The notes under the pieces were generated by a model that worked only from the letters and a program-made list of their open reading frames with translations, was not told the DNA's origin and made no database searches. DNA of 64,000 bases from assembly GCA_030390025.1 (NCBI GenBank), contig CM059432.1:76262001-76326000 (forward strand). Reading direction: 5' to 3'. The stretch's first letter is position 1; every line of letters begins with the position of its first letter. This stretch comes from Squalus acanthias. Taxonomy: Eukaryota. Positions 36,984 to 49,248 of the stretch are shown one piece after another. The position numbers and the translations under genes are program-made.

Positions 36984-37566
36984 TGGGTAAGGCCTCCTGT
37001 TGAGAGCCCTCCTGGCCCTTCCCCTCCTCCCTCTGCAAACATCTTCTTCTCTTCTTCGCTGCCTCCGCTTCCTCTCCCAGATACTCGAGCCTGAGGGGGA
37101 CTGCCAGTAAAGCCCCCATGACTGTGAGCACGTCATGTGAGCAGAAGCGTTTAATTGAGAATCAAGGTGTTTTCCACTTGCAGCAACACGCCATGTGACC
37201 TCAGCAACTTTAATCAAGTTTAGAAAGCTTCAAGAGTTGCAGAAACTTGGACAGAGCCAGTCAAACTAAGAGACCATGTCAACTGCAAATTGTTGTTGAT
37301 GATCCTTTTAAATATCACTGCGGGGGGCTCGTTCCTGCTGCTTAAAGCTTGGTCAGCTGGTCGTGAGTAAGAGCGGGTGGTAAGTGGAGTAGCGATGGTG
37401 AAAATGTCAGATTGTGCATCAAATGATTGCTGCACACTCATTGACATCACGATCTGCCTCATTTCCATTTCCTTAACGAGTGCAGACAACGGCAGGGCTG
37501 CCGCCATTTTTTTCATCAAAACGGGCCTTAATGGTCGGTGCTAAAGCCCTGAATTTCTAGGTCATT

Positions 37567-38458
37567 GGGGTAGAAATTAGGTCGCGCCCCATTTGGGGCG
37601 CAAATATCGTCTGGCGCAAATATTAGCGCCTGGCGCTAATTATCGGCACTGACTGGAAACTTCACTTTTACCGCCCCGGGAGGTGAGTGGAGCGCTAAAG
37701 CAGGCGCTGCACACCTGTCTTAAGGCGCAAAGGCCAAGGAGTGAGGCGCTACCTCAGAGCGCTGGCGAAGCTCATGTAATGTCAGTCAGCAATGGAACAC
37801 ACACACAATGGCACGGGCCAGTTCTTAAAGGGGATGGTTAATCTTGCTTTCCATCCACATCCTGTTCATTGCAGCCTTGAATCTCGGCCTGGAGAGACTT
37901 GCACATCAAATGTGCTGGAAAGAACAATGGAGAGTACCAGGCAAAGAGCTCAGAGTGCAGCTCCCACAGTCTCTGCTAAATCGATACAAGGAATGTCAAA
38001 TCAAAATGAACCTGCAAAGTGCTGCTCAGTACCCAAAACTCCTTCACACAACGTTGAATCTCTCCAGAAGTCTCTCCCTCTCTCTCTCAGAATGCGTAGT
38101 TCAAAAATGCCACCAACAATAAAAGACAGGAAGAGGCCCCCTTTAAATAGCGCCCCCCCCAGCCCCACAGCGATTGATAACATTCCAGTCTTCCGGTCGT
38201 TGGAAGCGCCAGGCGGTAAGGCAGGGGGCGCCACTCAATTTCCGCTCCGGGGCGCCACAAGGGCGTTGCACCATGGAATGACGTCACAATCTGCGCGCGC
38301 AGGTGGTCGCAGCGGTAAGTTTTAGCGCCGCCGCACAATCTCAAGTTAAGTTCTCGAGCGGCGCAAACATCGCTGCGCCCGGGCGTTAGCGGCTTTGCGC
38401 CCCATTAGCGCCCTCTTAAGGCGCTAACGGGAGGCGCAACCAACTGAATTTTTACCCC
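37567..38458 (-). mobile_element. Non-autonomous, internally deleted Harbinger of family A (A3, 892 bp)
   Basis: Ends are reverse complements of the A1 ends (GGGGTAGAAATTAGGTCGCGCCCC; CAACCAACTGAATTTTTACCCC). ATT TSD at 37564-37566 and 38459-38461. Confidence 0.93.
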
Positions 38459-38591
38459 ATTGTGTTTTGAAGTGAGACTCTTATTCAAAGGTAACTCACA
38501 AAGTAGCACAGCCACACAACTAACTCCGAATAATCAAAAGCTCTTTTGTGAAAGAATGAAGTTGGTAATCAGACAGCAACTGACAGTCTCA

Positions 38592-39192
38592 GGGATGAAT
38601 TTGAACTCCCGGTCGGGAAAGCGGCCTGATGTGCAGTTGACCCATCCAGAAGTGTCAGCAGATGGACCGGCCTCATTAACAAACCGCTGGCTGACTTTAT
38701 AACAAACGGTCGGGAAGTCGTCGAGAAGCGGCTGCTCGGCCATAAAAATCAGGCAGCTCAGAGGCCACCTGTGGTGATGGGGGGTGGGGGGGATTCTGGA
38801 GCAGTCAGTGGTTTGGGAAGTGGGATTGTCCAGGACAGGGGAGGCCTACACTTTTCTTGTGGGGCCCGGAGGAGGACTCCTTCTCCTCTGGGTCCCACAA
38901 AGGAAAGAAGTGCACTTACCTAGAGGGGCCTGTTCTCCCAGTGGTCAGGCTACAGCCTGGCAGAAAAGCCGCAGCTGTTTCCCTGCTCAAACCAATGTTC
39001 TGACGATATTCATCAGGACCCGGTCTGCATATTTAAAGAAGCCCCACTGGCTTTGGGCGGGTGTCCTTGGTGCCTGCAATTTAAAATTGCAGTCTGCCGG
39101 ATCAAGGCGGAGGCCAGTGGGTAAGTCTCCCACTCCATTTTAACTACCCCTTGCCCGGTTTCTGCCAGGTGGGGCGAGTTAAAACTCCCCCC
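38592..39192. mobile_element. Harbinger-type MITE, older
   Basis: Imperfect TIRs GGGATGAATTTGAACTC / GAGTTAAAACTCCCCCC (13/17); no matching TSD. Confidence 0.65.
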
Positions 39193-39305
39193 GTGAGTAC
39201 GTCAAGGAGACATATTACAAACTAATTGAAATATATCGAGCAGCGTTCATTACCTAATGATGCTCATCGATGTACATAGGCACATGCACAGACAAGGAAG
39301 CATGA

Positions 39306-40214
39306 GGCCTGAATTTTGGGAGCGAGAGGGCTCAAATGTGGTTGGGAACAGGCCCTGTTGAATTTAATGGCAGGGCCTGATTTGCATTGGCAACCTCTGT
39401 TTCCCACCTACAGCCAGCCAGATTGAGGGGCTGGCTGGCTGCGGGTGGGTAGGCCTGTGGCAGAGAGGAGTGAGGGAGGGAGGGATCGTGTGGAGGCTCG
39501 GGGGGTGGTCGGGAGGGGGCCAGAGGAGCATGGGGAGGGAAGGAGGGGCGGGAGGGTCAGGAGCTCATTGGGGGGAGCTGCTGATCGGCGGGCCAGAGGA
39601 GCAAGGGGGTGGGTTCGGGAGCTCATCAGGGACTGAGAGACTGATGAGGGCCGGAGGAGCAAGGGGGTGGGTTCGGGAGCTCATCGGGGGCCGGAGCTGA
39701 TGATCAGAGGATCGGAGGGCTGAAGGAGGGGGGTTGGTTGGGAGCTCATCGGGGGGCAGGAGGAGTATGAGGGGATCGGAGGCCTCGTGGGGGGGAGCGG
39801 ATGTATGGGGGGGAATCGGAGGCCTGGGCGGGAGGGGATCGAAAGCCTCACGGAGGGGTCTCTGATCTCAAGGGGTGGGTTCAGCAGGGTTGCTGGATCC
39901 AGGAAGTAAGTGTAAAGGTACTTACCTCTTGGATCCAGCAGTCCTCACCTTCCATTAGCTGGCGGGTTTCACGTGGCCTGAAAAACCCGAGCAGCCACTG
40001 TTAAATTTAAAATGCTGACATGCCAGCCTCATTACAATATTTAAATAGACGACCCGCCTACTAGGACTGGGTTGGTTGCCCTGACCATGTCCTGCTCCAT
40101 TAAAATCAGAAGTGGGTGGGTTGTAGGCGGGTTCTGGTCGGGATTCAGACTTTTAACACTTTAACTTCCCAACTGACCCCAACTCATCTGTTTTTTTGGG
40201 TCAAAATTCCCCCC
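39306..40214. mobile_element. Harbinger-type MITE with an internal G-rich minisatellite
   Basis: TIRs GGCCTGAATTTT / AAAATTCCCCCC; TGA TSD at 39303-39305 and 40215-40217. Confidence 0.8.
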
Positions 40215-42991
40215 TGAATGTCTGTGACAAATATTTAAGGCCCCAACTTTAACTAGAGGCCAGTTTTTGGCAGGTGAAAGTCCCCGATATTAACAGGGAG
40301 GCGGGGAGGGTGCGGAGGAGCACAGCAGCACAGGGAAAAACCCAGCAAGGCCAGGGCGTGGCATCTTAATGGCAGAACACCATTTAAGTAATCTGCTGCT
40401 TACTACAGCCTGACAGCCGGCCTGAATTGACAGTCTGTCCAGCGGGCCTGAGCAGGAATTTGCGGTGGGGACCACAGCTGGGGTCTTGTGGGAACGTTCC
40501 CTGGCAGTTAGTGGGGTGGGGGGGGGTCTGGCCACGATCGGGATTCTTGCTGCGATCGTATGGAGCAGGATGTCGTGTCGTGATCAGGGGGCGAGGCAAG
40601 GGAGGTCCAAAGCCCAAATATCAGTATTGCCAACTCCTGCGATTCCATAGCGAGACACGCAATTTCGGAGTGAAATAAAACTTTACACGTGATGGAATGC
40701 CTAAATCTCGTGATTTTTTTGTGAGGAAAAAATATGTGATTTGCACAAGCGCTTGAAAAAAAAATATATTCAATTTGCGCAGTTTTCTACCCAGATGTAA
40801 AAGCTCAAAGCCAAATCTATTACAAATGACTCCGAGCACTGCACAAACCCTTTAGCAGCGTTAAAGAATAAATAAATAATCAGATAAATCTGCGATTACA
40901 ACCTGTGGCACAGCTCCAGGCCGCAAATGCACTGTGCTTCTAGGACCCACTAATGCAGCTTCCTCAGTGCCTGCTCACATTTATCAGAACGCACGGATTA
41001 AAGAGAGATTTTTTTTAAAGTCTGTTCAAAAGCTAATACAAAAACAAAACAAAAAGAAACAACCATTCCTGAAATGGAAGATGCTATTAATGTTAGATAT
41101 TATTCGAGTTCGACATTTTGTTAAATCACCAAGTCACCTGTTAGGAGCTAAGCGTTTGGCGAAGGACACAAGCAGAACTTTCAAAACAGTTTTGAAAAGT
41201 GAACGTGCAGCTGGTCGCAAGGAATGTATCAGCGTTCGAGTGGCACAGTCCGTGCGTTCCATTGGAGTCGGAAGGAAAGGTCTCTTGGTTAGAATTGGAA
41301 TATGAGGCGGTGGGGTTGGCAATACTGGTGTATTCAGGTCCAGGCCAATTGCCATCCACTCTTCCTTTGGGGTCCCAGTGAGAGTGTGGTGGAAATAACA
41401 ATGATTTTCAGCTCCCAAAGTCAGGAAAAGGGCTTTGAATGTTGGGATCCAGCAGTAAAGCTGGAATCAAATAAAAGAGAACAAATAAATAGCCAATCCA
41501 AATAAACAACCAATGCCGAGAATCCAACAAAGACAAAAAAAAATGAATCCCTTCAAAGGATCAATTGGGATGTTTATAAAGCTACTTCCAGTTGCTGTGC
41601 ACCTGCAGGAGTCTGTTTTTTTTAATTTTCAAAGGTGCACTGCACTGGCCAGGGACAGTAAGGTCACGCCCCCAACATGTCCCTACAGATTGCTGTAGTG
41701 AAGCAAGTGCCATGAAAGAGCAGAAAGCACCGGCGTACCTAGCACATGCCAATCCGAAAACCCAGGGCTAACACAAATCAGGCACACTGACAATGATCCT
41801 GGTTTCTCATTCCCTTTGCATAGAAGCAGAATTTTTGACTGTAAGGGGCCACAGAATGGTTGGTGTGGGAAAAGGAAAAGTATCACACTAGCTCAATATA
41901 GTGTGCTCTTCTGGTCTTGGGACTGGAGAACATTAATGGGGGCTAATATAGACCTCGTCACACCTGGTTTCTGGATGGAAAACAAGGGCACAGAGGTCCA
42001 TTTTAGGGGACCAAACTCACTCACCCGAAAAGCGTCGGAAACACATTTTGTGTGCTGTAGAGGCAATCCACAGTGTCAGCCTAAAACAGCCGTTAGGCCC
42101 CTTGAATATGCTAATAATTAGCCTAACGCCTGTTTTAGGACCTATTCGGTGGGGGAAGGCACTTTCATGAAAAATTGTGACTGGTTGTTACTTTTATATC
42201 AAATTACTAAAGAATATTAGGTGTGTCAGTAAGACACCTAACTATAGTTGGATTGCATCGGACCAATATTCCTCTCCCACCGCTGTGCAGAAGCAATTTG
42301 AGCACAGTTGTACCAGGAGCATGACCACAGCATCCAATCTTCCCGTCAAACCTGATTAACATTTCCCTTATCTGCCTCCAAATAAGCCATGCTGCAAAAA
42401 GAAGGTGGCAGAGTACAAGACGCCATCTCCATCTGCAACATGTACTAAAACAGCAAAACCATTTTTTTATGCAACAAGTAGAAACAAAAGACCATTCTTG
42501 GCTATACCAGCCGATCCTTAATATAGACACCACCTGTACAGTAGCTCTGGAAGCAGCAGTGCAGGCTTTTATGGCACTAGAGCAGGATATCTGTGGGCAC
42601 AGCACTCTGACACTGATTTGCAGACAGGTGCAGCCACCAGAAGAGCCATAGAAAAAATTCAGATGCAGTGCTATTCAGGCACAGAAGGGAGGGAGAAAAG
42701 GATTAGCAGTAGCACCCATTTTCCCACTCTGGTGCATCGATTTTGAGGTGATATTTGGGAGCAGGGCAGAGGAAATTCTACGCTTATACTTGTATAATCT
42801 GCCACATCTTTTGACATGTACGTTGTTAATAATACTAATGAGTGATTCTATAATTACAGTTAAGTCTTTAATTTCCACTAATATCTCATTTTGAATCAAT
42901 CACTTGAAATTTGTAACCGTAAGCACATTTGGTCAATATTCCTTGATAACAGTCTGTAAGGTAAGAGGGAGAGACCTGTGCCCTTAACAAA

Positions 42992-43666
42992 GGCCCCAAT
43001 TTTAAAAGAGTGGTGGGAATGGTGCGCATGAGCCCCAAAGCGGGCGGCACACCCGGAGAGTCTGGGAACATGGAGGCCCTGCCGATCTTAACGACATGGC
43101 CTCATTTAAATAAAAGTTCCTGGAGTCCCACCCGACACCCGGCTAGATTCACTACCGAGCCGGTGGGCGGAGGCGGGAGTTTGGCGGCAAAAGGCCGCAG
43201 CCGGGGACTCTTGACAATGGTCCAGGGACTCGGTGCGAGATCTGGGGGGGAGCAATCCTTCTTCTCCTGGCCCACACGGGTTCTGAAAAAATGCATTTTT
43301 AACGACTTACTTTGGCCTTTTCAACCAGTCGGTGCCTCTCGTCGTGGTTCTGCTGCCAGGCTGCAGACAGTGCAACTCCCCCTCACCTGAAGTAAAGATT
43401 ACGTCACGGCACTGCAGACAGTGCAACTCCCCCTCACCTGAAGTAAAGATTACCTCACGGCACTGATGATGTCATCGAGCTGCGGCTTTTGAATGTTAAG
43501 TAGGCCCTCGCCTGCCTTTAGCGGGAGCCTCGTCGATGGCACGAGTCTTTGTCCTTAAAATTTACGTTGGCCGGGAATGTGGTGGGTTGGAGCAGGGATC
43601 TAGAAGTTTCACATTTTAACCCCTCATATACCATTCTCGCTGCATGAGGGGGTTTAAAATGACAGC
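42992..43666. mobile_element. Probable decayed Harbinger-type MITE containing a 2 x 51 bp duplication
   Basis: GC-rich block beginning GGCCCCAATTTTAA and ending TTTAAAATGACAGC, with motifs shared with 38592-40214. TIR match is weak. Confidence 0.5.
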
Positions 43667-44491
43667 ATTGATCCTAACTGTAGTTATCTTATAGCCTGTT
43701 GAAAGAGTATCATTATTTAAATGCTCTCTCCAAATGTTGTATTAGTCTTCTTTACAGAACAAACCTGTAAGTATCATGTGAATATATGTACTACCACAGA
43801 CCCTGGCCTACAGCTAAGTTGTAACACAGTGGCCACATTGTTATTGCTTGCCTATAGATAGAAATAAGTAACCCATGTAGCGTAGACACCCTAGTCACAA
43901 ACACAGCTTTCTATAAGCTCCATGTATGATGATCCAGTTCTGAGAATGAATTACTCTGTAAAGATCAATCTTAAACTCAATTAACTTTGAAATGTTTACA
44001 GAATGTAATAATGTTAAATATACATGAATCCTATGATTATAATCGTAACGCTGAAATCTTTCAGAAAAATCTAGCAGAGAGCTGGTTGTGAGTTCATTTT
44101 CTAGTGTCAACAGTTATTCAAGTTCACCTTCCCTCACTGAGACATTTTTATCAGGGCTTGACCTGTGTGTGAGCTAAATATTGCTTCTAAAGGGGATTAA
44201 AAGCTAGCACAGCCAATCCAATTCACAAAAACACATCTATAGCTTATACCAGCCAGTCGTGGGGTCATTTGGTATCCTTCCCACATTGCTGAAGAAGGAA
44301 GCATGGCAGCAGTGCTGGGGAATCTTAAATGGAAAGAGGAAAGACTAAAATATATTTTTAAGGTTTTGTGGAGAAACTTTAAATGCGGAAAATAAATTGT
44401 TAAGTTTTTCTGTGTAACTAAATAGTGATTTTTGGTGTAATTTAAACTTTTCTGTACTTTTTCAGTTATTATGTTCCTTATCGGACATAAC

Positions 44492-45957
44492 AGCCCGGAA
44501 CTTGCGGTCCTGATGACGGCGAACTGGCAGCGTTCGCTGTAATTTCGCCTTTGAAACTGACCACAACTTCAGGATTTTGCGAATGCGCAGTCTAACGTGG
44601 AAATCCTGAAGTTGCAGTCTGTCATTTACTGCCCCGACACAGGCTGCACTGTGGATACGCCCCCCTCCCACCCAGGGCCGGAAATCAGTGAAATCACTGA
44701 TCTGACGAAAACTTCTCCTTTTTCGAACAAGAAACCCCATAAAAAGTTAGACCCATTCAAATGAGGTGTAACTGGGTTTTTTATGGTGATCTGTGTAATA
44801 GCTGCTAATAAACAACCAATCTAACCCTGAAAAACTAATTATTATATTGGTGGAATGTCAAATTTCTCCATTAAGTTAAAAATTATTGGCCCAGAAATTG
44901 ATCTCGCTCTGTTCCCGCGGGGGTAAGCCTTCCCCGCGATGTCTCACCTCGCTTATGCTTTTTCTGATCCAGCTCGCACGAACTTGATGTTCCAGACATC
45001 AGCTGTGCTGGGCTTGCGTATCCCAGCGGCGTAGTGAATTCGTGCGAGCTGTGGGATCACGTGACTCAGTTAGAGCCAATGGCAGCACACCATCTTCCAT
45101 TCATAAGTCTCACAGCATGGCTGTGAGACTTATGAATCTTACACCCCCCCAAAATAACAGCTAAACCTCAATTAAATTTTTTTAAAAAACCATCACATTA
45201 ATAAAATAAGTATAGTTAAATAAATTAACCATTTTAAATAAAAAATAAAATTTTTGAAAAAATGTAAAATCACTTAAAAAGTTATAAAAATAAACTTACC
45301 TGTCTTTAAAGTCTCTAAAAAAGATATACCAGTTAAAAAAAATTCAAAAAAATACTTAATTCACTACTTACCTTCTTAAAAGCGGGTCTTACTCTTCCTT
45401 TTTACATTTCCAAAATCTTCCCTACTTACCTGCGCGTCCAAAGCATGAAGTGCACAGCGTGCGCGCAGCCTGTAGCGCGCGCACGCGATGCACCCAGGCC
45501 CCGCCCCCTTTTCAGAAGAGCAATTGCCGGTTTTCAGCGCATGCGCAGGGCATGCAGAAAACCGGCAATTGGAGTGGGAATACGCGAGAGTATGCAGTGC
45601 GTACTCTCGCGTCCCGGGATCAATTTTCGGCCCATTAGATTTTAAAATACTTTTTTTCATTAATTTTAAAAGATTGTTCATGATATTTCAGCTTCTACCT
45701 TAATCCAATGTGCATGTCCCAATCTTTATTTTGGTCTCTGTAATTTTTTTAGAAAGTGTTTGATTATTAGTGCTTAGACAGCTTGTTGATATCACAGCAG
45801 CTCGCACTATGGGATTCCTACTATAACATGTTGATTTCAACTGCACATCGGAAAAGCCGAACTATTCGCCACAGAGACCGTGAGATCTTTGTGGGAAACT
45901 TATTTCGGGGCCAGCGGCCAGCGCCTTTGCTTCGCCGCTGACTGCAAATTACGGGCC
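44492..45957. mobile_element. Outer Harbinger-type MITE, hosting a second MITE
   Basis: TIRs AGCCCGGAACTTGCGGTC / GACTGCAAATTACGGGCC (14/18). The AT-rich core is interrupted at 44888. TSD is not conserved. Confidence 0.75.
44888..45633. mobile_element. Inner Harbinger-type MITE, related to 27801-28564 in opposite orientation
   Basis: TIRs GGCCCAGAAATTGATC / GATCAATTTTCGGCCC; ATT TSD at 44885-44887 and 45634-45636. Confidence 0.9.
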
Positions 45958-46674
45958 ATTATCAAATAATCAGCTGCACTATGTTTCCAAGAGTCGACCA
46001 TACAGATCTCAGATTGTTTCTTAAGGTATAACTCAGTTTGTGCAGTGGTTACGATAGTGTTTAAGAAGGGTTATTCAGTCTCCTGACTACTTAGTGTCTT
46101 TGACTCACCCCTGCAGTGATTGGTCCTGCCCATAACTTGTGACCACCAACCCTGCAACCTTTGATCCTGGGGAGCATCACCAGTGTCAAGGGAAAGAAAC
46201 AGCAGCAAGGCTGGCAAGATGGAATGAAGGCTGATTTCACAAAATATATCAAGTCCTGTAACAGATTCCCCCTCCTCCACCAGCTCCTCATTCTGGCAAA
46301 ACCATCTGAGAGTCTTCCCCAACAACTGGGAGTAATAGAAAACATGTATAGCTTTTACATGAATCCTGCAGAATTCCCCATTTCAACAGTTTGACTTCAG
46401 ACAGAATATATCATTGCAACCTTTTGAAATTAAAAAGAAAACTGTGCAATTAAAGTGTGGATATTATTTTGAATTGAAGAAATAATTATGATCAAAACAT
46501 AATAATAATAAATGCCCTGCAGATTTAAGTTCTGCTATCACTGTTGATAATTCATATGACTGACAAGAATCTAAAGTTAAAATGGACATTATCATTATGA
46601 AGGTGATTTTGACGAACAATTTTTATTTGATGAGACAAAAAACCTCAGTGCCATTTCCATTATAATAGGAATAA

Positions 46675-46765
46675 ACAACAACTTGCATTTATATAGCTCC
46701 TTTAACGTAGTAGTGTCCCAAGGCTCTTCACAGGAATGCTATCAAACAAAATTTGACGGCGAGTA
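46675..46765 (-). mobile_element. L2 3'-tail fragment
   Basis: AACAACAACTTGCATTTATATAG...CCCAAGG..CTTCACAGG is the reverse complement of the L2 end at 10560-10650. Confidence 0.75.
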
Positions 46766-47374
46766 TAGGAAGGAATAGAGGAACATAGGAACAGGAGTAG
46801 GCCATTCTGCCCCTCGAGACTGTTTCACCATTCAATTAAATCATGGCTGATCGGTACCTCAACTCCATTTACCCACCTTTGCTTTATATCCCTTAATACC
46901 CCAACAATTTTCTATCCATCTCAGTTTTGAATTTTTCAATTGACCTAGGCTCAACAGCTTTTGAGGGAGTGAGTTCCAGACTTCCACTACCCTTTGTGTG
47001 AAGACGCGCTCCTGACATCACCCCTGAATAGCCAGCTCTAATTTTAAGGTTATACCACCTTGTTCTGGACTCCCACACCAGAGGAAATAGTTTCTCTCTA
47101 TCTACCATATCAAATCCTTTAATCATCTTAAACACCTCTGGCAAACATTTAAAGAAATATTCCAAAATTCTCAATGAATATACATTCCATTGAGAAATAA
47201 AAACTCCACAGGAAAAGTGATCCATCCGTGGCTAACTAAAGAAGTTAAGGGTAGTATTAGACTAAAAGAAGAGGCTTATAATGTTGTGATGAATAGCAGT
47301 AAGCCTGAGGATTGGGAGTCCTTTAGAAATGAGCAAAGGATGACCAAAAAATTGATAAAAAGGGAGAAAATAGA

Positions 47375-48217
47375 TTTTTTTAAATTAGTTTATGGGATGT
47401 GGGCGTCGCTGGCAAGGCCAGCATTTATTGCCCATCCCTAATTGCTCTTGAGAAGGTGGTGGGGAGCTGCCTTCTTGAACTGCTGCAGTCCGTGTGGTGA
47501 AGGTACTCCCACAATGCTGTTAGGTAGGGAGTTCCAGGATTTTGACCCAGCGACGATGAAGGAACGGCGATATACTTCTAATTCAGGATGGTGTGTGACT
47601 TGGAGGGGAACTTGGAGGTGGTGGTGTTCCCATGCACCTGCTGCCCTTGTCCTTCTAGGTGGAAGAGGTCGCGGGTTTGGGAGGTGCTACCGAAGAAGCC
47701 TTGGCGAGTTGCTGCAGTGCATCTTGTAGATGGTACACACTGCAGCCACGGTACGCCGGTGGTGGAGGGAGTGAATGTTGAAGGTGGTAGATGGGGTGCC
47801 AATCAAGCGGGCTGCTTTGTCCTAGATGGTGTCGAGCTTCTTGAGTGTTGTTGGAGCTGCACTCATCCAGGCAAGTGGAGAGTATTCCATCACATTCCTG
47901 ACTTGTGCCTTGTAGATGGTGGAAATGCTTTGGGGAGTCAGGAGGTGAGACACTCGCCTCAGAATACCTAGCCTCTGACCTGCTCTTGTTGCCACAGTAT
48001 TTATGTGGCTGGTCCAGTTAAGTTTCTGGTCAATGGTGACCCCCAGGATGTTGATGGTGGGGGATTCGGTGATGGTAATGCCAATGAATGCAAGGGGCGG
48101 TGGTTAGACTCTCACTTGTTGGAGATAGTCATTGCATGGCACTTCTGTGGTGCGAATGTTACCTGCCACTTATCAGCCCAAGCCTGAATGTCGTCCAGGT
48201 TTTGCTGTATGCGGGCA
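47375..48217 (-). mobile_element. 3' fragment of a distinct non-LTR retrotransposon (CR1/Zenon-like)
   Basis: Reverse strand reads IYKAQVRNVMEYSPLAWMSAAPTTLKKLDTI*DKAARLIG...SKSWNSLP and ends in an A-rich tail. Host CR1 flanks rejoin (GAAAATAGAT|TATGAGAG). The clade call rests on motif recall only. Confidence 0.75.
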
Positions 48218-49248
48218 TATGAGAGTAAACTAGCGAGAAATATAAAAACAGATTGTAAGAGCTTCTACAAGTATGTAAAAAGAAAGAGAATAGCAAAAGT
48301 AAGCATTGGTCCCTTAGAGGCTCAGACAGAAGAGATTATATTGGGGAATAAGGAAATGGCAGAGACTTTAAAATAAATATTTTGTATCTGTCTTCACAGT
48401 AGAAGACACCAAAAATAGTGGGAAACCAAGTGGCTAATGAGAGTGAGGAGCTTAAAGTAATTAAGATCAGTAGAGAAAAAGTACTTGAGAAACTAATGGG
48501 ACTAAAAGCCGACAAATTCCCTGGACTTGATGGCCTACATCCTAGAATTCTAAAAGAGATGGCTGCAGAGATAGTGGATGCATTGGTTGTGATCTTCCAA
48601 AATTCCCTAGATTCTAGAATGGTCCCAACGGATTGGAAGTTAGCAATGTAACCCTGCTATTCAAGAAAGGAGGGAGAGAGAAAACAATGAACTACAGGCC
48701 AGTTAACCTGACATCAGTCATCGGAAAATGCTGGAATCCATTATTAAGGAAGGGGTAACAGGGCACTTAGAAAATCATAATATGATTAGGCAGAGTAAAC
48801 ATGGTTTTATGAAAGGGAAATCATGTTTAACAAATTTATTAGTGTTTTTTTGAGGCTGTAACTAGCAGGGGAGCCAGTGGATGTAGCATATTTGGATTTC
48901 CAAAAAGCATTCGATGAGGTGCCACATAAAAGGTTGTTACGCAAGATAAGGGCTCATGGGGTTGGGGCTAATATATTAGCATGGATAGAGGATTGGTTAA
49001 CGGATAGAAAACAGAGAGTAAGAATGAGCGGGTCATTTTCCGGTTGGCAGGCTGTAACTAGTGGGGTGCCGCAAGGATCAGTGCTGGGGCCTCAGTTGTT
49101 TACAATTTATATTAATGACTTAGATGAAGGGACCGAGTGTAATGTATCCAAGTTTGCTGACGATACAAAGCTAGATGGTAAAGTAAGCTGTGAGGAGGAC
49201 ACAAAGACAGGTTAAGTGGGTGGGCAATAAGGTGGCAGATGGAGTATA

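Larger units (their letters stand above)
26139..37563. mobile_element. Decayed Harbinger (family B, copy B2), expanded to 11.4 kb by nested insertions
   Basis: TIRs GGCCTAGAAATT (26139) / AATTTCTAGGTC (to 37563). Myb gene remnant on + (about 26438-29070). Transposase on - in three pieces: 29290-30186, 36026-36110 (PRVF...CIRRLRFTKEV) and 36984-37100 (RRALNRRPYP). Confidence 0.85.

Noticed and set aside
40239..42750. Further MITE or Harbinger remnants (40239-40620, 41260-41416, 41938-42750; also about 51895-52328)
   Set aside because: TIR-like starts are visible, but paired ends and TSDs could not be established, so they were not listed as features.
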